NCBI GenBank assembly: GCA_964016885.1
Contig: OZ024743.1
Location: 81,964,001-82,028,000, forward strand
Length of the DNA stretch: 64,000 bases
Origin: Eledone cirrhosa
Taxonomy: Eukaryota
Direction: 5' to 3'
The translations under genes and the position numbers were made by a program. Under the pieces are notes generated by a model. It searched no databases and was not told where the DNA came from. It was given only the letters and a program-made list of their open reading frames with translations. Below are positions 43,630-58,395 of this stretch, piece after piece (position 1 is the first letter of the stretch; every line of letters begins with the position of its first letter).

Positions 43630-44040
43630 TGCTCTTTTTGTGCTATATATACCTGTTGTCTAGCCTCTCTTTTAACTACTTGATACCTGTCTCTTCTACT
43701 CCATTTTTCCAGTCTTTCCATACCTGTTTCTTGGCTTTAATGGCTTTATTTATTGTGCTGTTCCACCACTAGTTCAACCCTGCCTGTCTGGTGCTTTGCT
43801 CTAGCCACAAGTCTTTTCTATAGTCTGTAGTATGTTATCATGTAGGAATTTCCAATTCTTCTCTGTCATATGTCTAACACGTCTTCCTTCTCATATGTGC
43901 CTCGTGTAAAGCTTTCCTGAATCTACACTTAACAGAAAGTTCCTTTAATCTTCAAACTCTCCTCCTCCAGATTTTCCTGCATTTCCTGTTCTGTGCAGTC
44001 TTCTTTTGTTTTATTTGTACTAACTGCTCTCCTACATGGA
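43630..44040 (-). mobile_element. Degenerate RTE ORF2 fragment (EN-RT linker)
   Basis: Minus strand reads WWNSTINKAIKAKKQVWKDWKNG...REARQQVYIA. Confidence 0.65.
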
Positions 44041-44056
44041 CTGCATTCTCAGAATT

Positions 44057-44274
44057 AATTGTTTCTACTTTAGGCACAAGGCCAGCAATTACTCAGTACA
44101 TTACTGGTACTTTATTTTATCGACCCCGTAAGGATGAAAGGCAAAGTTAACCTCGGCGGGATTTGAACTCAGAATGGCAAGGGCCGTAACTCTATGCGTC
44201 AAGACTGTAAAGGGACGTAACTATGCTAGAAATCATGGCGTCCAGCCCTCTACCGATACTGCCAATTCACTGCC
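44057..44274 (-). mobile_element. SINE family S1
   Basis: Matches 9426-9614. Confidence 0.85.
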
Positions 44275-44470
44275 CAGATCAGAGCAAACAACACGGACAC
44301 TCTATCTCAAAATTATTTTTGAAAAGCATTTAGAAATGCGCAACCGGTAAAAACTTAAAAACTTAAAACCACAACTGAATACTAACCCATACAATTACTA
44401 ATACTCTTTTATTCCTAATTAAACCATTTTTCAACTGTGAACAATTTGTCAGCATTTTCTATTCCGTTTA

Positions 44471-44549
<79 letters not shown>

Positions 44550-44553
44550 ATAT

Positions 44554-45165
<612 letters not shown>

Positions 45166-45288
45166 GACAGCATACGTTTCATGCTGTATGCTCACACAAC
45201 ATGATTGCCACAGAATAGAGTTATGTATATATCTGTGTGTGTTCCACCGTTGCTGCTGGACACACGCAGAGTCCCTCAGACAACTGTG

Positions 45289-45366
<78 letters not shown>

Positions 45367-46034
45367 CCATGTATGTGTGTATCCATATCTGTTTGTGTGC
45401 GTTTTTCTATCTATAGACACACACAGACATATACAGATTCAGAGGCAACACAACGGTGTTATGTAAGTGTCTGTGTGGTGTGTGTGTGGCTGTCTGTGTG
45501 GCTGTGTGTCTGTGTGTGTGGCTGTGTGTGTTTGACTGTGTGTGTGGCTGTGTGTGTGTGTGTGTGGCTGTGTGTGTGGCTGTGTATGTGGCTGTGTGTG
45601 TGGCTGTGTGTATGGCTGTGTGTGTGTGGCTGTGTGTATGGCTGTGTGGCTGTGTGTGTGTGTCTGGCTGTGTGTGTGGCCGTGTGTATGGCTGTGTGTG
45701 TGGCTGTGTGTGTGTGTATGTATGGCTGTGTGTGTGGCTGTGTGTGTGGCTGTGTGTATGGCTGTGTGTGTGTGTGTGGCTGTGTGGCAGTGTGTGTATG
45801 TGTGTGGGTGTGTCTATGTGTGTGTGTGTGTCTATGTGTGTGTGTGTGTGTATGTGTCTGTGTGCGTGTGTCTATGTGTGTATGTGTATGTCTATGTGTG
45901 TATGTGTGTATGTGTATGTGTGTGTGTCTATGTGTGTGTCTATGTGTGTGTGTGTGTGTGTTATGTAAGTGAATCTCCCGGCTGAGCAAGTTATCAAACA
46001 ACAGAAATTGTTTGTAAATGTTGACATAACAAAG

Positions 46035-48570
46035 ACTGTTCCTTCTGCCGGACCACCTCCCACCTCACCACTATTCCTTCTGTTGTACCACCTCCCACCT
46101 CACCACTATTCCTTCTGTTGTACCACCTCCCACCTCACCACTGTTCCTTCTGTTGTACCGCCTCCCACCTCACCACTGTGCCTTCTGTTGTACCGCCTCC
46201 CACCTCTCCACTGTTCCTTCTGTCGGACCACCGCCCACCTCACCACTGTTCCTTCTGCTGTACCGCCTCCCACCTCACCACTGTTCCTTCTGTTGTACCG
46301 CCTCCCACCTCTCCACTGTTCCTTCTGTCGGACCACCTCCCACATCAACACTGTTCCTTCTGCCGGACCACCTCCCACCTCACCACTGTTCCTTCTGCCT
46401 GACCACCTCCCACCTCACCACTGTTCCTTCTGTTGTACCGCCTCCCACCTCACCACTGTTCCTTCTGCCAGAACACCTCCCACCTCACCACTGTTCCTTC
46501 TGCCGGACCACCTCCCACCTCAACACTGTTCCTTCTGTCGGACCACCTCCCACCTCACCACTGTTCCTTCTGCCTGACCACCTCCCACCTCACCACTGTT
46601 CCTTCTGTTGTACCGCCTCCCACCTCACCACTGTTCCTTCTGCCGGACCACCTCCCACCTCACCACTGTTCCTTCTGTTCTGTTGTACCGCCTCCCACAT
46701 CACCACTGTTCCTTCTGCCGGACCACCTCCCACCTCACCACTATTCCTTCTGCCGAACCACCTCCCACCTCACCACTGTTCCTTCTGTCCGACCACCTCC
46801 CACCTCACCACTCTTCCTTCTATCCGTCCACCTCCCACCTCACCACTGTTCCTTCTGCCGAACCACCTCCCACCTCACCACTGTTCCTTCTGCCGAACCA
46901 CCTCCCACCTCACCACTGTTCCTTCTGCCGGACCACCTCCCACCTCAACAATGTTCCTTCTGCCGGACCACCTCCCACCTCAACACTGTTCCTTCTGCCG
47001 GACCACCTCCCACCTCACCACTGTTCATTCTGTCCGACCACCTCCCACCTCAACACTGTTCGTTCTGCCGGACAACCTCCCACCTCAACACTGTTCCTTC
47101 TGCCGGACCACCTCCCACCTCACCACTGTTCCTTCTGCCGGACCACCTCCCACCTCACCACTATTCCTTCTGCCGGACCACCTCCCACCTCAACAATGTT
47201 CCTTCTGCCGAACCACCTCCCACCTCAACACTGTCCTTCTGCCGGACCACCTCCCACCTCAACACTGTTCCTTCTGTCGGACCACCTCCCACCTTAACAA
47301 TGTTCCTTCTGCCGAACCACCTCCCACCTCAACACTGTTCCTTCTGTCGGACCACCTCCCACCTCAACACTGTTCCTTCTGCCGGACAACCTCCCACCTC
47401 AACACTGTCCTTCTGCCGGACCACCTCCCACCTCAACACTGTTCCTTCTGTCGGACCACCTCCCCCCTTAACAATGTTCCTTCTGCCGAACCACCTCCCA
47501 CCTCAACACTGTTCCTTCTGTCGGACCACCTCCCACCTCAACAATGTTCCTTCTGTCGGACAACCTCCTACCTCAACAATGTTCCTTCTGCCGAACCACC
47601 TCCCACCTCAACACTGTTCCTTCTGCCGGACAACCTCCCACCTCAACACTGTTCCTTCTGCCGGACCACCTCCCACCTCACCACTGTTCCTTCTGCCGGA
47701 CCACCTCCCACCTCAACACTGTTCCTTCTGTCGGACAACTTGCCACCTCACCACTGTTCCTTCTGTCGGACCACCTCCCACCTCACCACTGTTCCTTCTG
47801 CCGGACCACCTCCCACCTCACCACTGTTCCTTCTGCCGAACCACCTCCCACCTCACCACTGTTCCTTCTGTCGGACCACCTCCCACCTCACCACTGTTCC
47901 TTCTGTCGGACCATCTCCCACCTCACCACTGTTCCTTCTGTCGGACCACCTCCCACCTCACCACTGTTCCTTCTGCCGAACCACCTCTCACCTCACCACT
48001 GTTCCTTCTGCCGGACCACCTCCCACCTCAACACTGTTCCTTCTGTCGGACCACCTCCCACCTCAACAATGTTCCTTCTGCCGGACCACCTTCCACCTCA
48101 ACACTGTTCCTTCTGTCGGACCACCTCCCACCTCAACAATGTCCCTTCTGCCGAACCACCTCCCACCGCAACACTGTTCCTTCTGTCGGACCACCTCCCA
48201 CCTCAACAATGTTCCTTCTGTCGGGCAACCTCCCACCTTAACAATGTTCCTTCTGCCGAACCACCTCCCACCTCAACACTGTTCCTTCTGCCGGACAACC
48301 TCCCACCTCAACACTGTTCCTTCTGCCGGACCACCTCCCACCTCACCACTGTTCCTTCTGCCGGACCACCTCCCACCTCAACACTGTTCCTTCTGTCGGA
48401 CAACTTCCCACCTCACCACTGTTCCTTCTGACGGAGCACCTCCCACTTCACCACTGTTCCTTCTGCCGAACCACCTCCCACCGCAACACTGTCCTTCTGC
48501 CGGACCACCTCCCACCTAAACACTGTTCCTTCTGTCGGACCACCTCCCACCTTAACACTCACTGTTCCTA
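46035..48570. repeat. 35-bp C-rich minisatellite (ctgttccttctgccggaccacctcccacctcacca), about 72 copies
   Basis: Tandem repetition; the long ORFs in all plus frames are artefacts. Confidence 0.97.
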
Positions 48571-49199
48571 CTATTTCGTCACTTCCCACGTCACCTGGAA
48601 GTTTTGTCTCGGTGTTTTCATGAAGAAGAAGAAGAAGAAGAAGAAGAAGAAGAAGAAGAAGAAGAAGAAGAAGAAGAAGAAGAAGAAGAAGAAGAAGAAA
48701 GAATGAACATTTGAAGAAGCTAGGTGATGAAGGAGTGGGATGGAGAAAGACACGTGCGTAATTGTGTGGGGTGTGGGGCATAAATGAATTAATGTTGTGA
48801 AAGAATATATACATAATTACCTCCGCCATATTTACATATCTAGCTCTGTGAGTGTGACTTACAAGCTATGACACACAATCATATGGTTGTAGGTTCAATC
48901 CTCAGATTCGGCTGTATTTTGTGTCCTTGAGCAAGGCACTTCATTTCACATTGATCTATTTCACTCAGATGAAACTGAGTTTAACAGTCAAGCTACAGAG
49001 TACAGAGGGAGTGTCTTGTCCTCTCAGTCGTTTAGCAGTCATGGAACCAGGATAACATTTTTCACATCAACCGATATGTAAACTTTCCTGGTTCTACGAT
49101 ACAACATTGTTGGTTTTAAAGGTGTTATTGTCAGTTAAAGACATTCCATCATTATTTCAGGTGAGAACCTTAAGTTATATTCTCAAACACCGGCTTAAT

Positions 49200-49975
49200 A
49201 ATTGTTTCTACGTTTGGCACAAGGCCAGCAAATACCCAGTGCATTACTGGTACTTTATTTTATCGACCCCGTAAGGATGAAAGGCAAAGTTAACCTCCGC
49301 GGGATTTGAACTCAGAATGGCAAGGGCCGTAACTCTATGCATCAAAGCATGGCGCCCGACCGTCTACCGATACTGCCAATCCACCGTATTAATAATGACA
49401 AAATTATATTACTAATCACTCTAAATTATTGATGTGAAAATCATAGGCAGTGTTTATTGGCAGTAATCGGTTGAGAGTCGGACACCATATTTCGAGGCAT
49501 AGAGTTACGGCCATTTACATTCTGATTTCAAATCACCTCGTTCATCCTTACGGTGTTGATAAAATGTAGTACCAGTAATGTACTGAGGTCTATTTAATCA
49601 ACCTTCCTCTCCCCCAATATTGTTGGCTTTGTGACTCAATTAGAAACCATTATTAATACGGTGGGTTCAAATCCCGCCGAGGTTAACTTTGCCTTTCATC
49701 CTTACGGGGTCGATAAAATAAAGTACCAGTAATGCACTGGGTAATTGCTGGCCTTGTGACTAAAAGTAGAAACAATTATTAATACGGTGTATTGGCAGTA
49801 TCGGTAGAGGGTCGGACACCATGCTTTGGCGCATAGAGTTACGGCCCTTGCCATTCTGAGTTCAAATCCCGCCGAGGTTAACTTTGCTTTTCATCCTTAT
49901 GGGGTCGATAAAATAAAGTACCAGTAATGCACTGGATAATTGCTGGCCTTGTGCCAAAAGTAGAAACAATTATTA
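49200..49975. mobile_element. Cluster of SINE S1 copies (one minus, three plus, some partial)
   Basis: 49200-49387 (-), ~49455-49652, ~49660-49780, ~49790-49975 (+). Confidence 0.85.
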
Positions 49976-50734
49976 ATATGCTAATGAAAGAGTTAAGTCA
50001 TCCCCACTCTTACCTATTTTCTGCAGCTCTCAGTCTAAATTGGAGAAATAGAAAACCACAGATTTACCCAGCTAACGCTAGTTCGGAAAGGTATGTTTAC
50101 CGGACCTACCTGCGTAAAAGTCGAGCCCCTATTATTTCGAAATAGTTCTGATTTTCCCCCTGTATCTCCTGGGAAGTCGACCTTAGCCTGTCAGGACAAC
50201 ATATGAAGATTTGTGCAATAACGTTTTATCCTGAATATAAATGTTACAATGAAGAAATTAATTTCCCTATGCAATTATATCCTGGTGTACACAACTGGAA
50301 ATATAAGAACTAAAGAGCCCTCTTTTTGTGCTTTGGTAGCAAGGGGTGAGTTTTGATGTGTAGAAAGGTGGGTGTTATTACTGTTTTACTTTTTTTTATT
50401 TAGGGTCTATTTAGGATTGATGTATTTTATATTGTAGTGCGAATTTCATCACCTCAAACGTAGCACCTGTATAATAGTCGACCCCAAAAATAGCCCAATT
50501 GTCAAGGTTTTCTCCCTTCCGAACCCTCTTTGGGGACTCGGGATACGCAATCTTTGTGCGTCCATCCAACGCCTCCCAGGACAGGTTGTAGGCCCATCGC
50601 CAGTTTTTGAAGGGACTACAATATATTTTTCGAACAGGCCCGTCTACCTAAGGCCTGAACGCATCCCTTGTTAACCGTGTGAAGGGCAAACACCAATAGA
50701 ACTAGAGCAAGATGGTTGTATAACATCCATGATC

Positions 50735-50880
50735 TTGGCTAATTTCGCTTGGGGATCCAGCCCGATCAGTTGGAGACGGTTGCGTCTGACAGGACCCACT
50801 GGAAGGAGTGTCTGAGGACTCTAACCCCACGAACGACACTCTCAAGAAGAAGAAGAAGAAGAAGAAGAAGAAGAAGAAGA
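50735..50880 (+). mobile_element. Extreme 3' end of an RTE LINE with (AAG)n tail
   Basis: LISLGIQPDQLETVASDRTHWKECL followed by (aag)n. Confidence 0.6.
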
Positions 50881-51284
50881 TGGTGGCCGTTTCTAGCCAG
50901 CGATTAAACAATACCCCTATTAAGTGATTTTCGGGGATAACCTTCATCAAAACTAGACAACGAACTAAGATACGGTTGGATCGATTTTTGTCAATTCTAA
51001 AATTCAAATGAATAACAAACTGCTGCTATATTTTAACTTGTAAGAAAGTCTTGCTAAATACCACAGAAATTAGAAATTTGTGAAGAGAGAGAAATGAACG
51101 ACTGGAGGCATTAAAATGGAAATTCTCAAACGTAAGAAAAAAGTCCTTCTGAATAATATATTAAATTATTGACTAAGTAAATTAGAACCGACCTACAGGC
51201 AATCCTTAATATATGTGTTTGTATGCATATTTATATATATATATGTATACATATATACACACATATATACACATATATACATGT

Positions 51285-51388
<104 letters not shown>

Positions 51389-51884
51389 TTAATTTGTTAG
51401 CAACATTTTCATTTTCGAATGTATTCTAACATTGATCCAGAACTTTTTGAAAATTTCGTGCTACTTTTTATGAAATCGATCTGGCAAACTTATATACATA
51501 TATGTATGCATGTGTGTGTGTAAGTATGTGCGTGTGTGTGTATGTATGTATGTGTGTGTATGTGTGTGTATGTGTGTATGTATGAGTGTGTGTATGTATG
51601 TGTGTGTATGTATGTGTGTGTATGTATGTGTGTGTGTGTGTATGTGTGTGTGTAAACTTATTTTATGTTTTACTTAAAAGTTATTTTGAAAGTTTCTAAA
51701 GGAAATTTACCCAACTTGCATTTCTAGTCAACTGATAAGACTCCTAATTAGGCGGTGAAAATTTTGAGAGGTTACGTTGGTGTAACAGTCATCACAGTCA
51801 CTCTGATTTCAGTCAACACATGGTTCAATTCCTCTTATTAACACTGGCCACATATTTTACGCATTCAAATATTATATGAATTGA

Positions 51885-51958
<74 letters not shown>

Positions 51959-51961
<3 letters not shown>

Positions 51962-52400
51962 AAGTTTTATTTAAATTGTTGGGTTAACAACGAGTAAATA
52001 TTTATAACTGATATAAAAGCACTCAACAAGTATTTGGAGTATATTTACGATATTAAATAAATGGAAACTATATTTATAAAACCATATTTATTTCATTATA
52101 TATATTTCAGGGATATCATATTAAAAATATGTTATGCCTTCTTCAGACAAAATACAATATAAACAGTCTTATAAATAGATAGATTCGACATACCTTTCAA
52201 CTTCGACTTCTATTTGAAAATCAACTTTTCAAATAGAAGTCGAAGTTGAAAGGTATGTCGAATCTATCTATTTATAAGACTGTTTATATTGTATTTTGTC
52301 TGAAGAAGGCATAACATATTTTTAATATGATATCCCTGAAATATATATAATGAAATAAATATGGTTTTATAAATATAGTTTCCATTTATTTAATATCGTA
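51959..52400 (-). mobile_element. Fold-back PLE remnant, family C (diverged subfamily)
   Basis: Near-perfect arms 52046-52220 and 52226-52400; hammerhead ttttgt-CTGAAGA...GAAA-TATATA-TA-atgaaa at 52294-52355. Confidence 0.88.
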
Positions 52401-52422
52401 TATATATATATATATATATATA

Positions 52423-52629
52423 TAACAAAGGAATTGTGGTAAGGAACCAGATGGACCATAACGCACCAGAGAACTCAATACTTAGGGTACTATATAATAT
52501 ATAGGAAAAAGTATGACCCCGACGGCAGAGCTCAAGCCGTTTCGACGGCTATTTCTGGACCAAGAAGTAGCCGTCGAAACGGCTTGAGCTCTGCCGCCAG
52601 GGTCATACTTTTTCCTATATATTATATAG
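52423..52629 (-). mobile_element. Fold-back remnant, family B
   Basis: Arms 52490-52556 and 52563-52629; tail on the left. Confidence 0.8.
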
Positions 52630-52637
52630 ATATATAT

Positions 52638-52680
<43 letters not shown>

Positions 52681-52684
<4 letters not shown>

Positions 52685-52914
52685 TTAAAATAACAGATTA
52701 AAATTTAAGCAAAGAATCGCTGCTTTCACCCTTAACGGGATCTTCTGAAATTAAATTAGTTTCAGAAGATCCCGTTAAGGGTGAAAGCAGCGATTCTTTG
52801 CTTAAACTTTAATCTGTTATTTTAATAAATATTTGCCTACGGTTCTTTTATATTTGATATATATTTATCCTTATCGAGCACTCTTTGGATTTTAATCTTA
52901 AAATTTATTATTAT

Positions 52915-52918
<4 letters not shown>
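52681..52918 (+). mobile_element. Fold-back remnant, family H
   Basis: Arms 52681-52754 and 52756-52829; tail to ~52918; hammerhead-like CAGAAGA-tccc gttaa ggg-tGAAA. Confidence 0.8.
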
Positions 52919-52962
<44 letters not shown>

Positions 52963-53888
52963 AAATGTGTGAGATCCTTGGTACAGTTAGGTATATTTGA
53001 AAAAAAGGAAAAGAATGACTTCACTTGTAGTGTTAAATAATTTTATTTAATTTGATAATATTATAATGTTATGAGTTGGTAGATCCAGTAAGTTCTTTGT
53101 TAACTTCGGTGGGAAGAATTTTAGAGATTCCTGGTTAACTTGGGCTGGAGAACTTTCTCACACACTGTCTGTGGCGATTGTCAAACTGAGATCAGGTTGT
53201 GTTGAGATGTGTGACTATATAAGAGAGATTTGGGTGTGTCTGGGGTGTGGGGTGTGGTGTTAATGAGAGCTGATGATGAGTGTTGATGATATATATATAT
53301 ATAATATATATACATACCTATATATCTTTATATATATATAATTCGCTGTGACCATTCTTCTCTCCCCTTTTACCTACCTATTTCGCTACTTTCTACTCTC
53401 ACCCCCCTTTCTTCCCCTCCCTTTCTCCCTATCTACTCTTACCCCACTTTCTTCCTCTCCCTTTCTCCCTCTCACTTTCACCCCCTCGCCTGATCCTTTA
53501 GCAGTTCTCTTCTCACTTACAACTGCGGCGATCAGACGTGTGACTTTTTTCTCTCGACCACTCAGTCTTGAACTTAAGTTCTCTTATCGACTGGTTATCG
53601 ATTTCCTTACCTTAAGTTACTCGCACATTGCTCGATTTGTTGTTTTTTTTTCGCTGTTCTTTTACTGTTTTCTCTTTCCTTCCCTCCCTCCTCCGTTTTA
53701 TAAATAACTTATCCAGTTATTAACGCTCTGGGCGGGCGGTAGATATATTGTCTTTAAAGCGTAGAAATATACGAGACTCCAGTAGACAACTGATGAGAAA
53801 AACTCCCCCACCACCCCCGTTCTTGCTTTTTTCGTATTCCCACTGCATTTTAAGTTACCTTAAATAGCAACTACACAGCCATTTCTAT

Positions 53889-54706
<818 letters not shown>

Positions 54707-54708
<2 letters not shown>

Positions 54709-55058
54709 AAGAAAAAAAGATGAAATCGAAAATGCAACTCGTGTCTTATTTAAATAATATATATATATATTTATTTGGTTCCTTTACCGGTTTCGCAGTT
54801 TTTCTGCTTTTCAAAAGTACAGTTGAGATGGAGGGTCTGTGGTTTTTCTCACATCCCTCCATCTCAACTCTACTTTAGAAAAGCAGAAGAACTGCGAAAC
54901 CGGTAAAGGAACCAAATAAATATATATATATATTTTTTTTAAATAAGACTGCAGTTGCATTTTCGATTTCATCTGTTTTTCTTTATACTTTCACTTATAC
55001 TTTCACAGGTGTAGGACACCTCGGTTATTTTTCATTTTGTAAAAAACCCTCACTTTCT
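54707..55058 (+). mobile_element. Fold-back remnant, family F, with U3-A8 hammerhead variant
   Basis: Arms ~54707-54834 and 54856-54985; tail to 55058; minus strand 54782-54817 reads ctt-TTGAAAA-gcag aaaaa ctgc-GAAA-CCGG-TA-aag. Confidence 0.85.
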
Positions 55059-55569
55059 TATATATATATTTGAATGACCCGCCAAAAACCGGAGGTTATT
55101 TCCTTGCCGGAATTAACACGTGACAGCTATAGATACGATACGCAGCATATATATAGCAGCAACATATAGCTTATCACTTCGGTCCTAGGCAGAACGAAAA
55201 CCCTGTTGATAAACTGAATCCTCCGTTCGATCAAGAATACCACGAGCCTGCCAGTCATGTAAGTCTGATATTTGATTTCGGATTCAAAGAAACACTTTAA
55301 ACGAGTATCGTTTGATTTGTCCAGGTGTATTTTTCTCAACCTGATTAGTTCTATCGTTACTTTGGTCTATATTGTGTGTTAGATTCGCCTACCACAATGT
55401 TCGATTTGTCAAGCTATTTAAACGTATGTTATTACTCTAAGGCCACAACTTATCGAGTGCTTTGCTAACTCATCATTTCATATAAGTAGGCCGAATTTAC
55501 TTGCAAACCGCCAGAGATTCGATTTTACTATTTTCCAATTATATATATTTTCCAATTATATATATATAT

Positions 55570-55647
<78 letters not shown>

Positions 55648-55676
55648 TATACATACATATATATATTTATATATAT

Positions 55677-55886
55677 AGTGGTAGAACACTGGAAGGTAAT
55701 ATCCGTAGTTGTAGAGCACTCAATCCATGGGACGAGTTAGGTAGAAGTGGTTACACAACGGTTAGTTCACCATACCGAGAACAATTGTTTCACCTTAGCG
55801 GATCCTCACCTCCTCCTCAGTAGGATCCGCTAAGGTGAAACAATTTTTCTCGGTATGTTGAACTAACTGTTGTGTAAGCACTTCTA
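55677..55886 (-). mobile_element. Fold-back remnant, family A (short)
   Basis: Tail 55677-55741; hairpin 55742-55886 turning at the hammerhead core. Confidence 0.85.
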
Positions 55887-55901
55887 TATAAATATATATA
55901 T

Positions 55902-56093
55902 GAAAAAATATGACCCCGACGGCAGAGCTCAAGCCGTTTCGACGGCTATTTCTGGAGTCCAGAAATAGCCGTCGAAACGGCTTGAGCTCTGCCGTCGGGG
56001 TCATATTTTTTTCTTATTTCCCACTCTACTACCCTAAGTATTGAGTACTCTGGTGCGTTATGGTCCATTTGGTTCCTTACCACCATTCCTTTG

Positions 56094-56096
<3 letters not shown>
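55902..56096 (+). mobile_element. Fold-back remnant, family B
   Basis: Palindrome 55902-56013 with a 1-nt loop at 55957; tail to 56096. Confidence 0.85.
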
Positions 56097-56161
<65 letters not shown>

Positions 56162-56203
56162 TACATATATATATATACATACAGACACTCGCACACACAT
56201 AAT

Positions 56204-56237
<34 letters not shown>

Positions 56238-56386
56238 TCATACATCTCTATACATACATACCCATATAGACGTATACATATATGTAATGTTTATAGCCTA
56301 TAACATAACAAAGTCAGTATTTATTCTTCTCTCAAGGGATTTGCTAAAACTGTTATTTGATGAGCAGTTTCTGCGCAAGACAAAAT

Positions 56387-56765
56387 AATTGTTTCTACTT
56401 TTGGCACAAGGCCAGCAATTATCGCAGTACATTACTGGTACTGTATTTTATCGACCCCCGTAAGGATGAAAGGCAAAGTTTACCTCGGCGGGATTTGAAC
56501 TCAGATCGTAAAGGGCCGTAACTCTATGCTGCAAATCATGGCGCCCGACCCTCTACCGATACTGGCAATCCACCATAATGATGTATATTGGCAGTATTAG
56601 TAGAGGGTCGGACGCTATGCTTTGACGTAGAGTTACGGCCCTTGCCATTCTGAGTTCAAATCCCGCCGAGGTTGACTTTGCCTTTCATCCTTACGGGGTT
56701 GATAAAATAAAGTACCAGTAATGCTCTAGGTAATTGCTGGCCTTGTGCCAAACGTAGAAACAATA
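56387..56765. mobile_element. Head-to-head pair of SINE S1 copies
   Basis: 56387-56573 (-) and 56587-56765 (+). Confidence 0.85.
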
Positions 56766-56948
56766 ATGATGTATTCATCTGATAAAAATAGTGCCACCTA
56801 TTTTAAGAGAGAGGGAGGAGAGATGGGGGAGAGAGGGATAAACAGAGAGGGGGGGGGGGGGGGGGGCTTGCTAGAAAACTGTAATGGAGAGAGAGAAGAA
56901 GTGAAAGGTGTAGAGGGAGAGAGTGAGACTGGCAGAAATAGTAAAACA

Positions 56949-57036
<88 letters not shown>

Positions 57037-57384
57037 TATGGGGGTGCTGAGCTTGCCGTAAAACTATTGGTTAGAGGAAAGAAGGGAGGCTGAAATATAT
57101 AGTGAGAGAAAGGGATTGAGAGAGGGGAGAGAGAGAGAGGAGAAAGGCGAGGAGAGAGAGGAGACAGAAGAGGAGAGAGAGATGAGAGAGAGAGAGAGAG
57201 GAGAGAGGCGAAGAGAGAGAGAGGAGAGAGAGAGGAGAAAGGCGAGGAGAGAGTCGAGGATTGAGGCGAGGAGAGAGAAGACAGAGAGATGAGAGAGAGA
57301 GGGGGGAAAGGGACAGAGAAAAGAGAGTGTAATACAGACATGGCGTCCTAATTTGATATAGACGTGTTTCTTTCCTCGTTTTTA

Positions 57385-57802
57385 TTGTTATTGTTGTTGT
57401 TGTTGTTATTGTTGTTATTATTGTTATTGTTGTTGTTGTTACTGTTGTTATTGTTATTGCTGTTGTTATTATTGTTGTTATTGTTATTGTTGTTATCGTT
57501 GTTATTATTGTTGTTATTGTTGTTATTATTGTTGTTATTATTGTTATTGCTGTTATTGTTGTTATTGTTATTATTGTTGTTATTATTGTTGTTATTGTTG
57601 TTATTGTTGTTGTTATTGTTGTTATTGTTGTTGTTATTATTGTTGTTATTATTGTTGTTATTGTTGTTATTGTTGTTATTGTTGTTGTTATTGTTATTTT
57701 TGTTATTGTTGTTGTTATTGTTATTGCCGTAGTCAACGTTTGTATTGTTGTTTGGGAGTTTTTGCGGTTATTCTCGTTGGTATTGAGTTGCTAATGCGAC
57801 AC

Positions 57803-57849
<47 letters not shown>

Positions 57850-58312
57850 ATTGTTACAAATGTTGTTGTTGCAGTTATTGTTACTAATGCTGCTCTTCAT
57901 TTTACTGATTTTATTTATATTGTTACATTTGCTGATGTTAATGTTACTCTGCTCTTATTGTTGTTGTTATTGTTATTGTTGTTGTTATTATTATTGTTGT
58001 GGTTGTTGTTGTTGTTGTTGTTGTTGTTCTTGTTCTTGTTCTTCTTTTTGTTATTGTTATTGTTGTTATTATTGTTGTTGTTATTGTTGTTATTGTTGTT
58101 GCTGTTGTTTTTGTTGTTATTGTTGTTTTTGTTATTGTTGTTGTTGTTTTTGTTTGTTTGTTGTTGTTGTTGTTGTTGTTGTTGTGTTGTTGTTATTGTT
58201 GTTCTTCTTCTTCTTCTTTTTGTTATTGTTATTGTTGTTATTATTATTGTTGTTATTGTTGTTATTGTTGTTGCTGTTGTTTTTGTTGTTATTGTTATTG
58301 TTGTTGTTGTTT

Positions 58313-58373
<61 letters not shown>

Positions 58374-58395
58374 CGTCGTCGTTGTTGTTGTTGTT
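57385..58395. repeat. Degenerate (TTG/TTA)n trinucleotide region
   Basis: Direct inspection. Confidence 0.95.

Larger units (their letters stand above)
43569..44475 (+). mobile_element. Fold-back element related to family F; its loop holds an RTE fragment and a SINE
   Basis: Arms 43569-43628 and 44275-44333; ttt-TTGAAAA-gcat ttagaa atgc-GCAA-CCGG-TA-aaa. Confidence 0.65.

Noticed and set aside
45969-48519. 788-aa and 602-aa Pro-rich ORFs
   Set aside because: Artefacts of a stop-free 35-bp tandem repeat.
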